Part shown: positions 62,731 through 64,000 of the stretch, piece after piece | Numbering within the stretch: the stretch's first letter is position 1 | Layout of the letters: the number at the start of each line of letters is the position of its first letter | DNA from: an uncultured Spirochaetota bacterium | Lineage (GTDB): Bacteria > Spirochaetota > Spirochaetia > SZUA-6 > CAVTHK01 | NCBI GenBank assembly: GCA_963734495.1 | Contig: CAVTHK010000016.1 | Location: 256,001-320,000, forward strand | Direction: 5' to 3' | Length of the DNA: 64,000 nucleotides | The notes under the pieces: model-generated | Database searches by the model: none | What the model was told of the DNA's origin: nothing | Seen by the model: the letters and a program-made list of their open reading frames with translations, nothing else | Program-made: the position numbers and the translations under genes

Positions 62731-64000
62731 ATGGCGGGCCAGCAGGCAAGAGGGGCGAAAGCGCTCGATCGACTCAGGGAGATCCAGCGGGAGACTCAGA
62801 ACATCGCGTACGCGGCCGCAGTGCTTGGGTGGGACCAGGAGACGTACATGCCCCCGGCTGCGGTCGAAGGCCGCGCGGAGCAGCTTGCCGTCCTCGAGGG
62901 GCTCGTCCACGAGCGCACGGCGGCGCCCGAGGTCGGCGACCTGCTCGCCTCACTCGGATCGACGGACGCCCGGCCGGAAGGCAAGACCGGCCTCTCGGAG
63001 ATCGATGCGGCGCTTGTTCGCGAGACGCACCGCTCCCACCGGCGGGCCACGCGCCTCCCCGGCCGCCTCGTGACGGCGCTGGCCAGGCAGGCCAGCCTTT
63101 CGCAGGCCCGCTGGGCCGAGGCGCGGAAGCAGTCGAGGTTCGATCTCTTCAGCGACTCGCTCGAGGAGATCCTGAAGCTGACGATCGAGAAGGCTGAGTG
63201 CCTCGGGTATTCGGGCCACCGCTACGACCCGCTTCTCGACGAGTTCGAGCCATGGACGACGACACGGGACGTGGCGGACGTCTTCGGCAAGCTGCAGCCG
63301 GCGCTCACCGAGCTCACGCGCAGGATCGTTGCCTCGACGCGGCAGCCGGCCCGGATCGAGGGGTATTTCCCGGTCGCGAGGCAGCGCGAGCTGAGCGACC
63401 GGCTCCTCCGCGACATGGGGTTCGATCTGCGACGGGGTCGCCTGGACCTGTCGGCTCATCCTTTCTCGACGGCGCTCGGCCACGCGGACACGCGGCTCAC
63501 CACTAGATTCGATGAGGCGAGCGTGACCAGCGGCCTCTTCGGGACGATCCACGAGTGCGGGCACGGTCTCTACGAGCAGGGCTTTGATGACCGCCTCGCC
63601 GGGACGATCCTGGCCGGCGGAGCTTCGCTCGGCATCCACGAATCGCAGTCGCGGTTCTGGGAGAACATGGTCGGCAGGAGCGCCGCTTTCTGGCACCGGT
63701 ACTACCCGGTCCTGCGCGACATGTTCCCGGACGCGCTTCTCTCGTCCGGCGCGGACGACTTTGTCCGCTCGGTCAACAGGGTGGAGCCGTCCCTGATCCG
63801 CGTCGAAGCGGACGAGGTCACCTACGGCCTGCACATCATCCTCAGGTTCAACATCGAAACCAGGCTCGTCGCCGGCGAGCTGCGGGTCGCCGATCTGCCC
63901 GGAGGCGTGGGCTTCGCAGTCTCGGAGCCTGCTCGGGATAGCGCCGCAGTAACGACGCCGAGGGCGTGCTGCAGGACATCCACTGGTCGATGGCCTCCAT
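62731..64000 (+). CDS. M32 carboxypeptidase (Taq-like), runs off the window
   Basis: LGWDQETYMP, YDPLLDEFEP, GRLDLSAHPF, HECGH zinc motif, IHESQSRFWEN, IRVEADEVTY, LQDIHW; not in the ORF track. Confidence 0.92.
   Translation, partial: MAGQQARGAKALDRLREIQRETQNIAYAAAVLGWDQETYMPPAAVEGRAEQLAVLEGLVHERTAAPEVGDLLASLGSTDARPEGKTGLSEIDAALVRETHRSHRRATRLPGRLVTALARQASLSQARWAEARKQSRFDLFSDSLEEILKLTIEKAECLGYSGHRYDPLLDEFEPWTTTRDVADVFGKLQPALTELTRRIVASTRQPARIEGYFPVARQRELSDRLLRDMGFDLRRGRLDLSAHPFSTALGHADTRLTTRFDEASVTSGLFGTIHECGHGLYEQGFDDRLAGTILAGGASLGIHESQSRFWENMVGRSAAFWHRYYPVLRDMFPDALLSSGADDFVRSVNRVEPSLIRVEADEVTYGLHIILRFNIETRLVAGELRVADLPGGVGFAVSEPARDSAAVTTPRACCRTSTGRWPP

Overview
High-GC bacterial chromosomal window, most likely Spirochaetota. 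This is inferred from a spirochaete-type small ribosomal-protein-like ORF beside rpmG, an archaeal/eukaryote-type ProRS and a TGS-less ThrRS. The housekeeping backbone comprises two CNNM/CorC paralogs, carAB, mfd, metF, yidD, rpmG, xth, proS, thrS and M42/M32 peptidases. A ~16 kb mosaic accessory region lies between tRNA-Glu(CTC) and tRNA-Gln(CTG). Its left end has a lower-GC run of three co-oriented nuclease-like genes (HNH, AbiJ-NTD/HEPN-like, PD-(D/E)XK-like), a candidate anti-phage locus. These are followed by an in-frame Sel1-repeat::amino-acid-binding-protein fusion and a mobile-element-like remnant with phased 10-bp repeats. A second ~20 kb block (34.9-55.4 kb) holds an uncharacterised ABC exporter module, two GHL6-like glycoside hydrolase paralogs, a sugar epimerase, a MacAB/FtsX-like exporter and a sugar ABC importer. 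Many genes, including essential ones, are broken by indels that become denser after ~42 kb; I treat these as long-read assembly errors rather than pseudogenes. No CRISPR array, rRNA, integrase or transposase was seen. All family assignments come from motif recognition by eye, with no database searches.
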